Assembly (NCBI GenBank): GCA_046719065.1
Contig: JBDNDP010000015.1
Span: 9,616 to 73,615, forward strand
Source of the DNA: Aggregatilineales bacterium
Lineage (GTDB): Bacteria > Chloroflexota > Anaerolineae > Aggregatilineales > Phototrophicaceae
DNA length: 64,000 bases
Direction: 5' to 3'
Made by a program: the position numbers and the translations under genes. Each line of letters begins with the position of its first letter. The stretch's first letter is position 1. The notes beneath the pieces are model-generated. The model did not search any database and had not been told where the DNA came from. It saw only the letters and a list, made by a program, of their open reading frames with translations. Below, piece by piece: positions 1-12,016 of the stretch.

Positions 1-1
1 T

Positions 2-1003
2 TTCACCGCTCTGCGTGCCAGCCTGAATGCTGCGTTGGAGCGCTGTGAGGCCATAACTGTGGTCGCCATCGATACGCTGTCCGGGTATCCATCGGCTTGG
101 CTGTTGACGCCTCTAGTGGTGTCTGGGCGGGCCATTGGCGTGGTCGGCGTCGGCTTTGCCAATGCCGACCATGAATTTAAGGTTGGCGACAAGGCGCTGG
201 TGCGTCGCATGACCGAACGGGTTGCCAGCCAGATTATCGCCGCAAGCCTGCGCGAGAGTGAGGCGCGCGAGGCGAAAATCGCTCACGAGCTGCAAATTGC
301 AGGTCTCATTCAGCGGTCAACACAGCCTATCCATTATCCGCAGATCAACGGGATCGATCTGGCGGTCGATTGGAGGCCTGCTTCTATAGTTGGTGGAGAT
401 GCATGGGGATGGGTGCAGCAGCCGAATAATGTTCTGGCTGTCTTTATGGTTGATGTTGCCGGAAAAGGACTGCCGGCAGCGCTTGGCGCGGTTTCGCTGC
501 ATACCTTGATCAAAATGGCGCTGCGCCTCGGTTTGACGCCGGTCGAGGTGCTGCGACATGTCAATAGTGAGGTGTATGAGACTTATACTGCAGCCGACCT
601 TCTGGCAACTGCCGTGATTTTGAGTCTTGATCTTTCCAGCGGGCTGTTAATGCAGGCTAACGCCGGTCATCCACCGACGCTCATTCGCCGAGGCGACGAA
701 TGGCTGCGCTGGCGTTCGACGGCGCCACCTCTGGGTGTGCTGGCCTCTATTGAGCCTGAACTGCATGCTTTGGCGCTTGACGCGGATGAGCTGGTGATCG
801 TCTACAGTGATGGACTCACTGAATTGAAAACGGACAGCGGCTTTTGGGGTGAAGCAGGCTTGAAACGCGCTGCTGAGCTGGCCTTCGGACAGTCAGCAAA
901 GCAGGTGCTTCGCGCGATTCTCGAGTCAGCGCAGACCGCAATGCTGCGCGGAGCCGACGAAGACGATCAAACCATCTTGTGTCTTCAGTATTTGGGGCGC
1001 TGA
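2..1003 (+). CDS. GAF + SpoIIE/PP2C serine phosphatase (RsbU-like), 5'-truncated
   Basis: Frame is open back to the window edge. PP2C motifs VGGD, DVAGKG, NAGHPP, YSDGLTE, DDQT. Confidence 0.88.
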   Translation, partial: FTALRASLNAALERCEAITVVAIDTLSGYPSAWLLTPLVVSGRAIGVVGVGFANADHEFKVGDKALVRRMTERVASQIIAASLRESEAREAKIAHELQIAGLIQRSTQPIHYPQINGIDLAVDWRPASIVGGDAWGWVQQPNNVLAVFMVDVAGKGLPAALGAVSLHTLIKMALRLGLTPVEVLRHVNSEVYETYTAADLLATAVILSLDLSSGLLMQANAGHPPTLIRRGDEWLRWRSTAPPLGVLASIEPELHALALDADELVIVYSDGLTELKTDSGFWGEAGLKRAAELAFGQSAKQVLRAILESAQTAMLRGADEDDQTILCLQYLGR

Positions 1004-1004
1004 A

Positions 1005-1406
1005 GTGGCCAACTCTCAGTACCTTCAAATTCCCGCCAATGTCGAGGCGCTGCACAGGTTAGATGCTTTCATAACTTCTGCGGTAGGCTCGTACGACGCT
1101 GCGACCGCTGCCCGTGTTCGACTGGCTGTGCATGAGGTGTGTCTAAACATCATTGAGCATGCCTATACTGGACAGGATGGGGAGATCGAGCTTGAACTTG
1201 TGATGGATGGCGCTCAACTCGAGATTGTCGTCCGCGATTTCGCCCCGTCGCTCTTTGACTTAGGCAGCCGGCCGCTGCCCCCCAATCCGTTCGATTTGCC
1301 TGAGGGGGGGTGGGGATTGCATATCGTTTTTAGCGTGATGGATCGTGTAGAGCATCGAAGGATGGCCGATGGCAATGAGTGGTTATTAGTGAAGCAGCTG
1401 TCCTAG
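1005..1406 (+). CDS. RsbW-like anti-sigma factor / Ser kinase (HATPase_c_2)
   Basis: LAVHEVCLNIIEHAY N-box and EGGWGL G-box; GTG start directly after the PP2C stop. Confidence 0.88.
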   Translation: MANSQYLQIPANVEALHRLDAFITSAVGSYDAATAARVRLAVHEVCLNIIEHAYTGQDGEIELELVMDGAQLEIVVRDFAPSLFDLGSRPLPPNPFDLPEGGWGLHIVFSVMDRVEHRRMADGNEWLLVKQLS

Positions 1407-1438
1407 CTCGATGAGCATAGCGCGGGAGTAGAATAGGC

Positions 1439-1831
1439 ATGAAGTACCGTTTGATGGTGATCGATGATGAAAGCCCGGTGCGGCGTCTGGTCGCTTACAC
1501 GCTGCGTTCGCTGGATATTGAAGTGATTGGAGCCGAAAATGGCGCTGAGGCATTACAGTTAGCCGAACAGTACCGGCTTGATATGATTTTGGTCGATATC
1601 AATTTGCCCGAAATGGATGGGTTTTCTGTCATCGAACGGCTGCGTTCTCTGCCCGCTCTTGCTGAGGTGCCGGTCATCACCGTTACCGCGCGCAGTCATC
1701 AGGGTGATGAAGCTAGAGCGCGTTCGCTGGGCGCGAGCGATTTCTTCTACAAACCCTTCAGCACGCAGGAACTGCGTTCACTAGCGCAGCGGTTCCTTCT
1801 TGAAAAGCACAATGAGCGAAGGGCTACCTAA
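1439..1831 (+). CDS. Single-domain response regulator (receiver)
   Basis: VIDDE, DINLPEMDG, VTA and YKPF receiver motifs; GGAG RBS. Confidence 0.92.
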   Translation: MKYRLMVIDDESPVRRLVAYTLRSLDIEVIGAENGAEALQLAEQYRLDMILVDINLPEMDGFSVIERLRSLPALAEVPVITVTARSHQGDEARARSLGASDFFYKPFSTQELRSLAQRFLLEKHNERRAT

Positions 1832-1839
1832 AACCAATC

Positions 1840-2772
1840 ATGTATGACATTCTGTTGCTTGGCGAATACTTCTTCGACATTATCTATTCTGGCTTGACCG
1901 AATTTCCGGAACTTGGTCGCGAGGTCATGAGCAGCAGCTTGACTACGACCGGGGGAGGTATGTTCATCACAGCCGCAGCCCTCTGCCGTTTGGGCGCGCG
2001 TATCGGATGGCCAGCGACTTTTGGGAGCGATCCTTACAGTGCTTTTGTACACGATCTTTCCCTGCGGGAAGGGATCGACTTGCGTCTCGCTCGAACGCTG
2101 CCTCGTCCCTTTCAGCGCGTCACGACGTCGATGCCGCTGCGCAATGAGCGGGCTTTCGTCACTTATGTTGATCCTGCGCCGGAAGACGATTATGCCTTTT
2201 GGCTTAGCGCCGTCTCGATCGCTGAATATCGCCATCTACATGTTGATGGAGCGAGGCCGCTCGCGGCGATCGGCCCAATACTGGAGACGGCGCGAGCGCG
2301 CGGGAAGACGATCTCGATGGATTGCCAAGACAGCCCTCTGCTCAAATCTGGCTGCGATTGGAAAGCCTTGCTTCAGCAGGTCGATATTTTCATGCCGAAT
2401 GCGCGGGAGGCTTGCATTATTGCAGCGGTCGATGATGTGGCTGAAGCAGCGCGTATAATTAGCCGTTGGGTCGATCGTGTCGTCGTCAAAGATGGCCCAA
2501 ATGGGGTTTGGATCGGGCACAGTGAAACCCTCGTTCACGTCGAGCCGATCTTCGCTGGCGAGGTCGTCGATACCACTGGCGCAGGAGACTGTTTTAATGC
2601 AGGCTTCTTGTATGCTCACATTGTCGAGAAAGCAAGCGATCGGATATGCGGGATCTATGGCAACATTTGCGGTGGTCTTTCGGTGACCAGTGTTGGCGGG
2701 GCGACCAGTTCGCCAACTTATGCTGAACTGCGCGTTTGGTTTGACAAACTGCAAACGCCGCAGCTAGGTTAG
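1840..2772 (+). CDS. PfkB/ribokinase-family carbohydrate kinase
   Basis: PNARE and DTTGAGDCFNAG signatures. Confidence 0.9.
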   Translation: MYDILLLGEYFFDIIYSGLTEFPELGREVMSSSLTTTGGGMFITAAALCRLGARIGWPATFGSDPYSAFVHDLSLREGIDLRLARTLPRPFQRVTTSMPLRNERAFVTYVDPAPEDDYAFWLSAVSIAEYRHLHVDGARPLAAIGPILETARARGKTISMDCQDSPLLKSGCDWKALLQQVDIFMPNAREACIIAAVDDVAEAARIISRWVDRVVVKDGPNGVWIGHSETLVHVEPIFAGEVVDTTGAGDCFNAGFLYAHIVEKASDRICGIYGNICGGLSVTSVGGATSSPTYAELRVWFDKLQTPQLG

Positions 2773-2785
2773 TAGGTCATCAGCA

Positions 2786-2813
2786 AAAAGAGCGAGGCTT
2801 GCCCCGCTCTTTT
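2786..2813. terminator. Bidirectional intrinsic terminator
   Basis: AAAAGAGCG...CGCTCTTTT inverted repeat between convergent genes. Confidence 0.75.
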
Positions 2814-2845
2814 CGTTTCAAATCGTTCGGTAGTTAGTGTGCTGA

Positions 2846-5599
2846 CTAAGGCGCTGACTGCAAATCGAGTTCGCCGCGCAGGACCGACTCGCGCTCGGTT
2901 GGGATAAGGCGGAAGCCAAACTGCTCAACGAGACGAATCATCTCTTTGTTTTCTTCAAGTACGTGCCCAAACATTGTGCCGACTTTCTCATCGCGCGCGA
3001 TTTCGATCAAACGGCGCAGCAGTTCGCGGCCTAACCCTTGGTGTTGGAATTTATCACTCACCAGTACCGCAAATTCCGCTCTGTTTGTCCCGTGAATTTT
3101 GCTGATGCGAGCGACGCCCATGATCTCAGGCTCGCCGTTCGAGTCGCGGCGCACTGCCAATAGCGCCATCTCGCGGTCATAGTCGATGAAGCAGAGGCGC
3201 GATAGGCGTTCATGGCCGATACGCTGGCTCAGGTTCATCGCTTGGAGATAACGATTGTAAACCGTTCGCTCTGACAAAGTTTCATGGAATTTTGCCATCA
3301 GTGGCTCATCCTCGGGCCGGATCGGGCGGAAGGTGATCTTAGTGCCGTCTTTGCTTTCCCAACTGCCAATATACTGGGTTGGGTAGGGGCGAATGGCCGG
3401 GTGCGGCAGCTGCTCGGCATCGATCTCGGGTTCATAGACCAGAACTCGCGCATCGAGGGCAAGTAACTGCTCGTGCGAAGCCAGCAGCGGGTTAATGTCA
3501 ATTTCTTTGATGAACGGCTGTTCAACCACGAGTTGGCTAAAGCGCACCAAGATTCGTTCTAGCGCGTTCATATCGACCGGCGGCCTCCCACGCACGCCTA
3601 GCAGCGCTTTATAGATGCGCGTTGTCTCCATCATGCGGCGAGCTAGCGTCGTGTTTAACGGTGGCAGGCCAAGCGCGCTGTCTTTGAACACCTCAACGAG
3701 CTGGCCGCCCGTGCCGAATAAAAGCACCGGGCCGAACTGTGAATCGACGCTGCTGCCAATGATCAGCTCATAGCCATCGAGCTTGGCCATCGGCTGCACT
3801 GTGACCCCATGGAAATGTCCTTCGCCAGCGGCCCGCGTTACACCTTCTTCGATCGCCTTATAAGCTGCACGAACGGCGTTTTCGTCGCGTAAGTTAAGCT
3901 GCACACCGCCGACATCGGTTTTGTGGGTGATCGTCTCAGAGTTTAACTTCAGTACGACCGGGTAACCGATGGCTTCGGCTGCTTTGACCGCTTCGTCCTC
4001 GCTGTGCGCTAGCTCGGTTTGCACCGTCGGGATATAGTAGGCGGCTAATACCTGCTTCGACTCATACTCGGTGAGGATGGTGCGACCGCTTTGGCGAACT
4101 CCACTGATAATCTTTTCCACCAGTGCGCGGTCTGGCGTTTGCTGATATGAATCGAGCGGCAGCATAGGCGTTTCATAGAGCGCGCGCAGGTTGTAGTTAT
4201 ACTGCCACATGTAATTAAAAATACGCGCAGCAGTATCGGGAAAGCGAAAAGTGGGGATGTTGGCGCGGTTGAGAACTGCTTCGCCGCCGGCCACTTCGGG
4301 GCCGCCCATCCAGCTCGCCAGCACCGGTTTGTCGCTAAAACCCTCAAACTGCCGCAGTCGTTCAGCCGTCTGGGTAGGGTCAGTCATCGCCTGCGGGGTC
4401 AAGATGACGAGCAGGCCGTCAGCATTGGGATCTTTGCCGGCGATCTCGAGCGTTTTCGCGTAAAGGTCGGGGCCGGCATCGCCGAGGATGTCGATCGGAT
4501 TATTGTGGCTCCAGTGCGAAGGCAGCAGCGCATTAAGCGCCGCCATTGTTTCGTCAGAAAGCTCGGTCAATTCGCCTCCGCCTAAGATGAGCGCGTCGGT
4601 CGCCAAGACGCCGGGGCCGCCAGCGTTAGTGATGATTGTTAATTTGCGACCTTTTGGCTGCGGCTGTTTTGCCAGCACTTCCGCCATATTGAAGACATCC
4701 GAGATGCGGTCAACGCGGAGGACACCGCAGCGTCGAAAAGCGGCATCAAGCACCTCATCACTTCCGGTTAGCGAACCGGTGTGCGAGGCAGCCGCATGCG
4801 CCGCCGCCGCAGTGCGCCCAGCTTTGATGATGATGATCGGCTTCTTGAGCGCGACTTCACGGGCGGCCGAGATAAAAGAGCGCGCATCGCCGACGGACTC
4901 CATGTAAATGACGATGCTGCGCGTCCTATTATCTTTGCCGAGGTAGTCGATGAGATCGCCCCAGCCAACATCGAGCATCGAGCCGATCGAAATGAAGGCG
5001 CTGAAGCCGACGTTTTCACTAAAGCTCCAGTCGAGTACTGCAGTGCACAGCGCTCCGCTTTGGCTGATGAAGCCGACGTTACCCGGCCGGGCCATGGCGC
5101 TGGCAAAAGTTGCGTTTAGCCCACTCAGCGGCCGCATGACGCCGAGACAGTTCGGCCCAATGATGCGGATATTTCCACGCCGAGCGGTTTCTAGAATCTG
5201 TCGCTCCAGCTCGGCGCCTTGCGGGCCGCGCTCCTTAAACCCGGCCGAGATGATGATCAGGCCGCGCACGCCGGCTGCGACGCACTCCTCAACCACGCCG
5301 GGTACCGTGTGCGCCGGGGTAACGATGACAGCGAGATCAACCTGTTCAGGAATATCAGCGATGCTCGGATAGGCGCGAATTCCCAAGACGCTGGTCCGCG
5401 CCGGATTAACTGGATAGACTGTGCCGCCAAAAGGTGAGCTAATCAGGTTCCAAAGGATCGTGCGGCCGACGCTCCCAGCCCGTTCGGTCGCCCCAATGAC
5501 GGCGACGTTGTTTGGCGCGAAAATCGCATCAAGACCTTGGGGGCGCGTCGGAGACAGGCCAGCCGCTGCGGGGGTTACAGACGAGGACAAGTTTTGCAC
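2846..5599 (-). CDS. NDP-forming acyl-CoA ligase alpha/beta + C-terminal GNAT (Pat/PatZ-like protein lysine acetyltransferase)
   Basis: CoA-binding domain ([17 protein letters not shown]), ATP-grasp ([13 protein letters not shown]), and GNAT (FRPIRPED...QHQGLG). Confidence 0.9.
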   Translation of the reverse strand: MQNLSSSVTPAAAGLSPTRPQGLDAIFAPNNVAVIGATERAGSVGRTILWNLISSPFGGTVYPVNPARTSVLGIRAYPSIADIPEQVDLAVIVTPAHTVPGVVEECVAAGVRGLIIISAGFKERGPQGAELERQILETARRGNIRIIGPNCLGVMRPLSGLNATFASAMARPGNVGFISQSGALCTAVLDWSFSENVGFSAFISIGSMLDVGWGDLIDYLGKDNRTRSIVIYMESVGDARSFISAAREVALKKPIIIIKAGRTAAAAHAAASHTGSLTGSDEVLDAAFRRCGVLRVDRISDVFNMAEVLAKQPQPKGRKLTIITNAGGPGVLATDALILGGGELTELSDETMAALNALLPSHWSHNNPIDILGDAGPDLYAKTLEIAGKDPNADGLLVILTPQAMTDPTQTAERLRQFEGFSDKPVLASWMGGPEVAGGEAVLNRANIPTFRFPDTAARIFNYMWQYNYNLRALYETPMLPLDSYQQTPDRALVEKIISGVRQSGRTILTEYESKQVLAAYYIPTVQTELAHSEDEAVKAAEAIGYPVVLKLNSETITHKTDVGGVQLNLRDENAVRAAYKAIEEGVTRAAGEGHFHGVTVQPMAKLDGYELIIGSSVDSQFGPVLLFGTGGQLVEVFKDSALGLPPLNTTLARRMMETTRIYKALLGVRGRPPVDMNALERILVRFSQLVVEQPFIKEIDINPLLASHEQLLALDARVLVYEPEIDAEQLPHPAIRPYPTQYIGSWESKDGTKITFRPIRPEDEPLMAKFHETLSERTVYNRYLQAMNLSQRIGHERLSRLCFIDYDREMALLAVRRDSNGEPEIMGVARISKIHGTNRAEFAVLVSDKFQHQGLGRELLRRLIEIARDEKVGTMFGHVLEENKEMIRLVEQFGFRLIPTERESVLRGELDLQSAP

Positions 5600-5788
5600 A
5601 GGGTTCTGCTCCGATCACTGAGTCGGCTCTCGTCATGCATGAACGCAAGCCGATTTGACATTGTGGTTAGGATTGTGCCACAGAACAAAGGGCCAAACAA
5701 CACGATTGTCATCCTGTAAAGCGGCGATGATAATAACCGTTTACAATGTTTGAACGCATCAAATTTTGTCCTTGAAAGGAGTGAGACG

Positions 5789-6703
5789 ATGCAGCTGGGG
5801 CTGATTGGTCTGGGGCGTATGGGTGCGAACATGACCGTGCGTTTGCTACGCGGCGGGCACGAAATGATCGTGTTCAACCGTAGTCCAAAGCCGGTAGAGG
5901 CGGCTGTGGCTGCCGGCGCGATCGGCGCGGACTCGATTGCCGACCTTGTCAGTAAATTGACACCGCCACGCGCCGTTTGGGTGATGGTGCCTGCAGGTGA
6001 GCCGACCGATGCCATGATTGGCGCGTTGATTGACCTGTTATCTCCGGGTGATACCATCATCGACGGCGGCAACAGTAATTATCGCGATTCGATCCGGCGC
6101 GCAGGCGAGGTCAGTGCGCATGGCCTGCATTTCGTCGATGTCGGCACTAGCGGTGGCGTTTGGGGGTTGCAAGAGGGCTATAGTTTGATGATCGGCGGCG
6201 ATGCCGAGCCGGTTGAACGGCTGCGTCCGATCTTTGAGACGCTGGCGCCCGCCCCGGACCGTGGTTGGGGCCACGTTGGTACGAATGGCGCTGGGCATTT
6301 CGTCAAGATGGTGCACAATGGCGTCGAGTATGGCATGATGCAGGCGTTTGCTGAGGGCTTCGAGATCATGAAGTCGCGCCCTGATTTGGGCCTTGATGTG
6401 AGCCAAATTGCCGAAGTGTGGCGCTACGGAAGCGTGGTACGTTCGTGGCTGCTCGATCTGATCGCCAACGCTTTGAGTGAAGACGCTGAGCTCGCTCAAC
6501 TGCGCGGCTGGGTTGCCGATAGTGGGGAAGGGCGATGGACAGTTGCCGAAGCCATTGACCTCGATGTGCCGGCTCCGGTCATTACCATGTCGTTGTTGAT
6601 GCGCTTCGTCAGCCGGCAAGAAGACAGCTACGCGGCTAAGCTGCTCGCCGCTATGCGCAACCAGTTTGGCGGGCATGCGGTGAAAAGAGTTGATGAGCCA
6701 TGA
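5789..6703 (+). CDS. gnd: 6-phosphogluconate dehydrogenase, short decarboxylating type
   Basis: [34 protein letters not shown]; AAGGAG RBS supports the ATG at 5789. Confidence 0.95.
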   Translation: MQLGLIGLGRMGANMTVRLLRGGHEMIVFNRSPKPVEAAVAAGAIGADSIADLVSKLTPPRAVWVMVPAGEPTDAMIGALIDLLSPGDTIIDGGNSNYRDSIRRAGEVSAHGLHFVDVGTSGGVWGLQEGYSLMIGGDAEPVERLRPIFETLAPAPDRGWGHVGTNGAGHFVKMVHNGVEYGMMQAFAEGFEIMKSRPDLGLDVSQIAEVWRYGSVVRSWLLDLIANALSEDAELAQLRGWVADSGEGRWTVAEAIDLDVPAPVITMSLLMRFVSRQEDSYAAKLLAAMRNQFGGHAVKRVDEP

Positions 6704-8139
6704 CAACCATCGTCATCTTTGGCGCGTCTGGCGATCTGACCCACCGCAAACTCATCCCTGCGCTGTTCAACTTGTATCAGCGCGAGCGGCTGGCAGATGG
6801 CTTTTGCATCGTTGGGTTTGCACGCCGTCCCTACACCGATGACGACTTTCGCAGCTTGATGCGCGAAGCGATTGAGCGCGCGCTTGGAGATGCGCTTAAC
6901 CAACGGCAATGCGATACTTTCGTTCAGCGCTTGTATTACGCGCGCGGAGACCTAGCCACACCTGAGGACTATCGCAAACTTGAGGAACGGCTCAAAAATC
7001 TTGAGCAAGCCGGTGCTGATCGCCTGTATTATTTGGCAACGGCACCAAACTATTACGAAGCTGTGATCAATAACCTGCACGCCTTAGGGATGGCCAATGA
7101 GGACGAAGGCTGGCGCCGAATCGTCATCGAGAAACCGTTTGGCTACGACGCAGCCTCAGCCGATGCGCTGAACCGAACGGTGCATCGCGCTTTTAGCGAG
7201 TCGCAGGTCTATCGAATTGACCATTATCTTGGCAAAGAGACAGTGCAAAATGTGCTGTTTTTTCGCTTCGCTAACGCCATCTTTGAGCCGATCTGGAATC
7301 GGAATTATGTCGATCACGTGCAGATCACGGTGGCTGAAGACGTTGATGTCGGCACACGCGCTGGTTATTATGACGAGTCTGGCGTGCTGCGCGATATGTT
7401 CCAGAATCATCTGCTCCAGCTTTTATGTCTGGTCGCGATGGAACCCCCTGCTAAATTTGATGCGGAAGGCTTGCGCAACGAGAAAGTCAAAGTGCTGCGC
7501 GCCATTCGTTCGCCATCCATCGGCGATACGGTTCGCGCTCAATACGAGGGTTACGCCGATTCGCCAGGAGTAGCGCCCGGCTCTACCACGCCGACTTATG
7601 CTCTGCTCAAGTTGTACGTCGATAACTGGCGTTGGCAAGATGTGCCATTTTATCTGCGGTCTGGCAAAGCGCTTAAGCGTAAAACCAGCGAGATCGCCGT
7701 CCAGTTTCGCCGCCCACCGACCTTGTTATTTGATATGCCGCGCGGCCGTAAGCTAACGCCGAATATCTTGTCTTTGTGCATTCAGCCTGATGAGGGGATT
7801 CATCTCAAATTTGAGACGAAAGTCCCCAATTCTTCCGAGATTCAATCGGTTGATATGGAATTCCACTATCGATCATCCTTTAAGGGGACTGCGTTGCCTG
7901 ATGCCTATGAACGGCTGCTGCTCGATGCGCTGCTTGGCGATGCGACCTTGTTTACACATGAAAAAGAGATCGAACTTTCGTGGAAGCTGATCGATCAGGT
8001 GATCGCTGGATGGAAAGGGCCACATGCTCCGCCGCTCCTCACATATGCTCGTGGCAGTTGGGGGCCAGAAGAAGCCGATCTTCTGCTGGCCGATGATGGG
8101 CGCATCTGGCGTTTAGGCTGTGGAGAGCACGAAACATGA
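6700..8139 (+). CDS. zwf: Glucose-6-phosphate 1-dehydrogenase
   Basis: [26 protein letters not shown]. Confidence 0.97.
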   Translation: MTTIVIFGASGDLTHRKLIPALFNLYQRERLADGFCIVGFARRPYTDDDFRSLMREAIERALGDALNQRQCDTFVQRLYYARGDLATPEDYRKLEERLKNLEQAGADRLYYLATAPNYYEAVINNLHALGMANEDEGWRRIVIEKPFGYDAASADALNRTVHRAFSESQVYRIDHYLGKETVQNVLFFRFANAIFEPIWNRNYVDHVQITVAEDVDVGTRAGYYDESGVLRDMFQNHLLQLLCLVAMEPPAKFDAEGLRNEKVKVLRAIRSPSIGDTVRAQYEGYADSPGVAPGSTTPTYALLKLYVDNWRWQDVPFYLRSGKALKRKTSEIAVQFRRPPTLLFDMPRGRKLTPNILSLCIQPDEGIHLKFETKVPNSSEIQSVDMEFHYRSSFKGTALPDAYERLLLDALLGDATLFTHEKEIELSWKLIDQVIAGWKGPHAPPLLTYARGSWGPEEADLLLADDGRIWRLGCGEHET

Positions 8140-8885
8140 GCGAAGTGCACGTTTATCCGACTGCTCGACACCTAGCAATAGCTTGTGCAGAACGGATTGT
8201 GAGCATTGCGCAGAGCGCCATAGGCGTGCGCGGCCGTTTTATCATCGCTTTGGCCGGCGGAGCGACGCCACGTTTGACCTATCAATTACTTGCGACTGAA
8301 GAATATAGCAGCCAGATTGACTGGCGTGACAGTTACATTTTCTTCAGTGACGAGCGCTGCGTCTCGCCAGAGTCGAAAGACAGCAATGCGCGCATGGCGC
8401 GGGAGACTCTGCTCAATTTTGTTCCAATCCCCCTCAATCACATCTACCGCATTCATGGTGAGCTGGAACCGCAGCAGGCCGCGGAGCAGTATGAAATAGC
8501 ACTGCACGACTTTTTTGAGCAGCGTTTAGGGCTGCACTCACCGCAGTTCGATGTTGTGTTGCTGGGTTTAGGCGCGGATGGCCATACAGCTTCGCTGTTT
8601 CCGGGTTCTCCGGCCTTGCATGTGCGTGGGCAGTGGGTCGCTGCCCACGAGGTGCCTGCGCTCAAAAGTTGGCGCATCACGTTAACGGCGGAGGCCATCA
8701 ACGCGGCAGTGAACGTGCTCTTTTTGGTGAGCGGTGCTGAAAAAGCAGAAGCGGTCAAACAAGTGCTAGAAGGGCCGCATCGACCTGAGCTGCTGCCGGC
8801 GCAGCTGATCCGCCCTGAAACTGGCAACTTATACTGGCTGCTCGATGCAAAGTCCGCTGCGCTGCTCACGCCAAAGCCGCTGTGA
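8136..8885 (+). CDS. pgl: 6-phosphogluconolactonase
   Basis: [24 protein letters not shown]; overlaps the zwf stop. Confidence 0.95.
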   Translation: MSEVHVYPTARHLAIACAERIVSIAQSAIGVRGRFIIALAGGATPRLTYQLLATEEYSSQIDWRDSYIFFSDERCVSPESKDSNARMARETLLNFVPIPLNHIYRIHGELEPQQAAEQYEIALHDFFEQRLGLHSPQFDVVLLGLGADGHTASLFPGSPALHVRGQWVAAHEVPALKSWRITLTAEAINAAVNVLFLVSGAEKAEAVKQVLEGPHRPELLPAQLIRPETGNLYWLLDAKSAALLTPKPL

Positions 8886-8911
8886 CCGCAGCAAGGCGGC
8901 CAATTTGTCGT

Positions 8912-9883
8912 TCAGCGCGCCAGTGTCTCGGCGAGTTTGAGCAGCCGCGGATCGATGGATTTCGTTTTGCCGGCGATTTGCTCCATTGGAGTCGCAGAAA
9001 CTTCGCCTTTGATCATGCCGATTAGGACGCTGGTCTCACCGTTAAGGAGCCGCTCGGCCGCTGCGCTGCCCAACCTTGAGCCAAGCAGACGATCATAGGC
9101 GCCGGGTGCTCCGCCGCGCTGTACATGGCCGAGGATCGTTGACCGGATTTCAAATCCTAACTCTGCCTCGTATTTCTTAAAGTAATCGGCCAGTTGCGGC
9201 GCTTTATACTTTGCGCCCTCGGCAACGACGATGATGCCATTTGTTTTGCCGCGCGCATAGGAGTCTTGCAGCGTCTTCGCCAGCGCTTCTGGAGAGGTCT
9301 CGATCTCAGGTATGCAGATCGCTTCGGCGCCACCGGCAATGCCTGACATGAGCGCAAGATACCCACAGTCTCGCCCCATCACTTCGACGAGAAACGCCCG
9401 CCGGTGCGATGAGGCGGTCACCTTCAAACGGTCAATCGCTTCAAGCGCGATGTTCAGCGCTGTATCTACCCCGATCGTAATATCAGACCCCAATAGGTCG
9501 TTATCGATGGTGGAGGCGACTCCGACGACGGGGAAGCCGAGCTGCGATAGCAGATAAGCGCCGGTCTGCGAGCCATTGCCCCCAATGACGACCAGCCCGT
9601 CAATGCCGCGATCGCGCAGCACGTTGAGAGCACGTTTGCGACCTTCTTCGGTTCGAAACTCGGAACTGCGGGCGCTGCCGAGGATGGTGCCACCCATCTG
9701 AATGATCCCGCCGACATCTCGAGCGCCCATGGGGCGAATATCGCCATCGATCAAACCAGCGTAGCCACGCTGTACCCCGAAGACTTCAGCATTATGGTCG
9801 ATCGCTGTGCGGACGACGGCACGAATCGCTGCGTTCATGCCGGGCGCATCGCCCCCGCTAGTGAGTACCGCCAGTCGTTTCAT
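8912..9883 (-). CDS. pfkA: ATP-dependent 6-phosphofructokinase
   Basis: [29 protein letters not shown]; start placed at MKRLAV. Confidence 0.95.
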   Translation of the reverse strand: MKRLAVLTSGGDAPGMNAAIRAVVRTAIDHNAEVFGVQRGYAGLIDGDIRPMGARDVGGIIQMGGTILGSARSSEFRTEEGRKRALNVLRDRGIDGLVVIGGNGSQTGAYLLSQLGFPVVGVASTIDNDLLGSDITIGVDTALNIALEAIDRLKVTASSHRRAFLVEVMGRDCGYLALMSGIAGGAEAICIPEIETSPEALAKTLQDSYARGKTNGIIVVAEGAKYKAPQLADYFKKYEAELGFEIRSTILGHVQRGGAPGAYDRLLGSRLGSAAAERLLNGETSVLIGMIKGEVSATPMEQIAGKTKSIDPRLLKLAETLAR

Positions 9884-10062
9884 TGCTGCTCTTCCTGCGC
9901 TATAGTAGCCATATCCAATTCGGGAAGATTGTACACCTGCTAGTGTGGGTTTACAGCGGGCGTTATTTAACAATTCGAACGAGTGATGTCCTGCGTTTGC
10001 GCGCTTACGTTATAATCGTAACAATCACACCGCAAACAACTTATTTGAGGAGATATTTTGTC

Positions 10063-11970
10063 ATGACGCAAGAGACGTTTGCGCCGCCGCTTAGTGAATG
10101 GTATTACCCGAGTGAGTCTGTGAAAAGTGCCGCGATCGTCACCGACTACGAAGCTTTATACGCTGAGGCCAAAGCTGACCTTGAAGGGTTTTGGGCGAAG
10201 CAGGCCGAGAAATTGGAATGGTTTGCGCCGTGGGAAAAAGTTCTCGATCGGTCGCGCGCGCCGTTTTACCAATGGTTTGTGGGCGCCAAGACTAATATCG
10301 CTTACAACGCGCTTGACCGCCACATTAAGACATGGCGCAAAAATAAACTCGCGCTGATTTGGGAGGGTGAGCCTGGCGACCAGCAGACCTTTTCTTATTG
10401 GCGCTTATGGCGCGAAACGAATAAGTTTGCCAACGTCCTCAAAAGCATGGGCATCAAACCCGGCGATCGAGTCACAATCTATATGGGACGCATCCCACAG
10501 TTGGTGATCGCTATGCTAGCGTGTGCCAAGATCGGTGCCGTGCACAGCGTGGTTTACGGCGGCTTTTCTGAACAGGCGCTGGCTGATCGCATCGAGGATG
10601 CGCAGAGCCGCGTCGTCGTCACCTGCGATGGTGCATGGCTGCGCGGCAATGTGGTGCGATTGAAGGATGTTGTCGATGAGGCCGTCCGCCGCTCGCCGGT
10701 TGTTGAGTCGGTAATCGTCGTCAAGCGAACGGGAACCGAGGTGACGATGGAGCAGGGGCGCGATTATTGGTATCACGATCTGATGTCCCTGCCGATCGCT
10801 AGCCCGTTGTGTGAGACCGCGGTTATGGACTCCGAAGCTCCGTTGTTCATCCTCTATACCAGCGGGACAACCGGCAAGCCGAAAGGCATTTTGCACACAC
10901 ACGGGGGCTATCAAGTTTATACCGCCACGACCTTGCAGTGGGTGTTCGATCTCAAAGACGATGATCGTTACTGGTGCGCCGCAGACCCGGGATGGATTAC
11001 CGGGCACAGCTATATCGTTTACGCGCCACTGATCTTAGGTGCGACCAGCATGCTTTACGAGGGAGCGCCTAATTATCCTTATCCGAATCGCTGGTGGAAA
11101 TTGGTCGAAGAATATGGGATTACCATCCTCTATACTGCGCCGACGGCCATTCGTGGTTTGATGCGCTTCGGCGATGCTTGGCCCAACCGCCATGATCTAA
11201 GCAGCCTGCGCTTGCTTGGCTCAGTCGGCGAGCCGATCAACCCTGAGGCTTGGCGCTGGTTTTACCGCGTGATTGGCAAAGAACGCTGTCCGATCATGGA
11301 TACATGGTGGCAAACGGAGACGGGCGGTTTCATGATCACCCCAATGCCTTCAGTGCCCCTCAAGCCGGGCAGCGCGACGCGGCCCTTCCCCGGCATTGAG
11401 GTTGATGTGGTCGATGAACAAGGCCAGTCATGCCCACCCGGCGTTGACGGCAACTTGGTCATCAAGCAGCCGTGGCCTGGCATGCTGCGCACCATTTACG
11501 GCGACCCAAACCGCTACGTCGACCAGTACTGGAGCGCCTACCGTGAACAAGGTTGGTATCTGACGGGGGACTCGGCGCGCATTGACGAAGATGGCTATGT
11601 CTGGATTATTGGGCGCAACGACGATGTGATCAAAGTGAGCGGCTACCGATTGGGTACCGCTGAAGTGGAGTCGGGGTTAGTGAGCCATCCGGCAGTCGCC
11701 GAGGCGGCCGCCATCGGCGTTCCCGATGAAGTGCGCGGCAATGTCATTTATGCTTACTGCATCCTTCGCGCCGGCTTTGAGCCAAGTGAAGAGCTGCGCG
11801 ATAAACTGAAGGAACATATTCGCCATGAGATCGGGCCGATCGCTGTTCCGGCGAAGATCGAATTCGTCGCGACTTTGCCCAAAACCCGTTCAGGCAAAAT
11901 CATGCGGCGCGTGCTCAAAGCGCGAGCGATGGGGATGCCTGAAGGCGACCTGAGTACGCTTGAAGAGTAG
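10063..11970 (+). CDS. acs: AMP-forming acetyl-CoA synthetase
   Basis: [38 protein letters not shown]; GAGGAG RBS before ATG 10063. Confidence 0.96.
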   Translation: MTQETFAPPLSEWYYPSESVKSAAIVTDYEALYAEAKADLEGFWAKQAEKLEWFAPWEKVLDRSRAPFYQWFVGAKTNIAYNALDRHIKTWRKNKLALIWEGEPGDQQTFSYWRLWRETNKFANVLKSMGIKPGDRVTIYMGRIPQLVIAMLACAKIGAVHSVVYGGFSEQALADRIEDAQSRVVVTCDGAWLRGNVVRLKDVVDEAVRRSPVVESVIVVKRTGTEVTMEQGRDYWYHDLMSLPIASPLCETAVMDSEAPLFILYTSGTTGKPKGILHTHGGYQVYTATTLQWVFDLKDDDRYWCAADPGWITGHSYIVYAPLILGATSMLYEGAPNYPYPNRWWKLVEEYGITILYTAPTAIRGLMRFGDAWPNRHDLSSLRLLGSVGEPINPEAWRWFYRVIGKERCPIMDTWWQTETGGFMITPMPSVPLKPGSATRPFPGIEVDVVDEQGQSCPPGVDGNLVIKQPWPGMLRTIYGDPNRYVDQYWSAYREQGWYLTGDSARIDEDGYVWIIGRNDDVIKVSGYRLGTAEVESGLVSHPAVAEAAAIGVPDEVRGNVIYAYCILRAGFEPSEELRDKLKEHIRHEIGPIAVPAKIEFVATLPKTRSGKIMRRVLKARAMGMPEGDLSTLEE

Positions 11971-12016
11971 CTGAGCGCGATGGGGGCGGCAGCAGCGCCG
12001 CCCCCACTGAGCTTCA

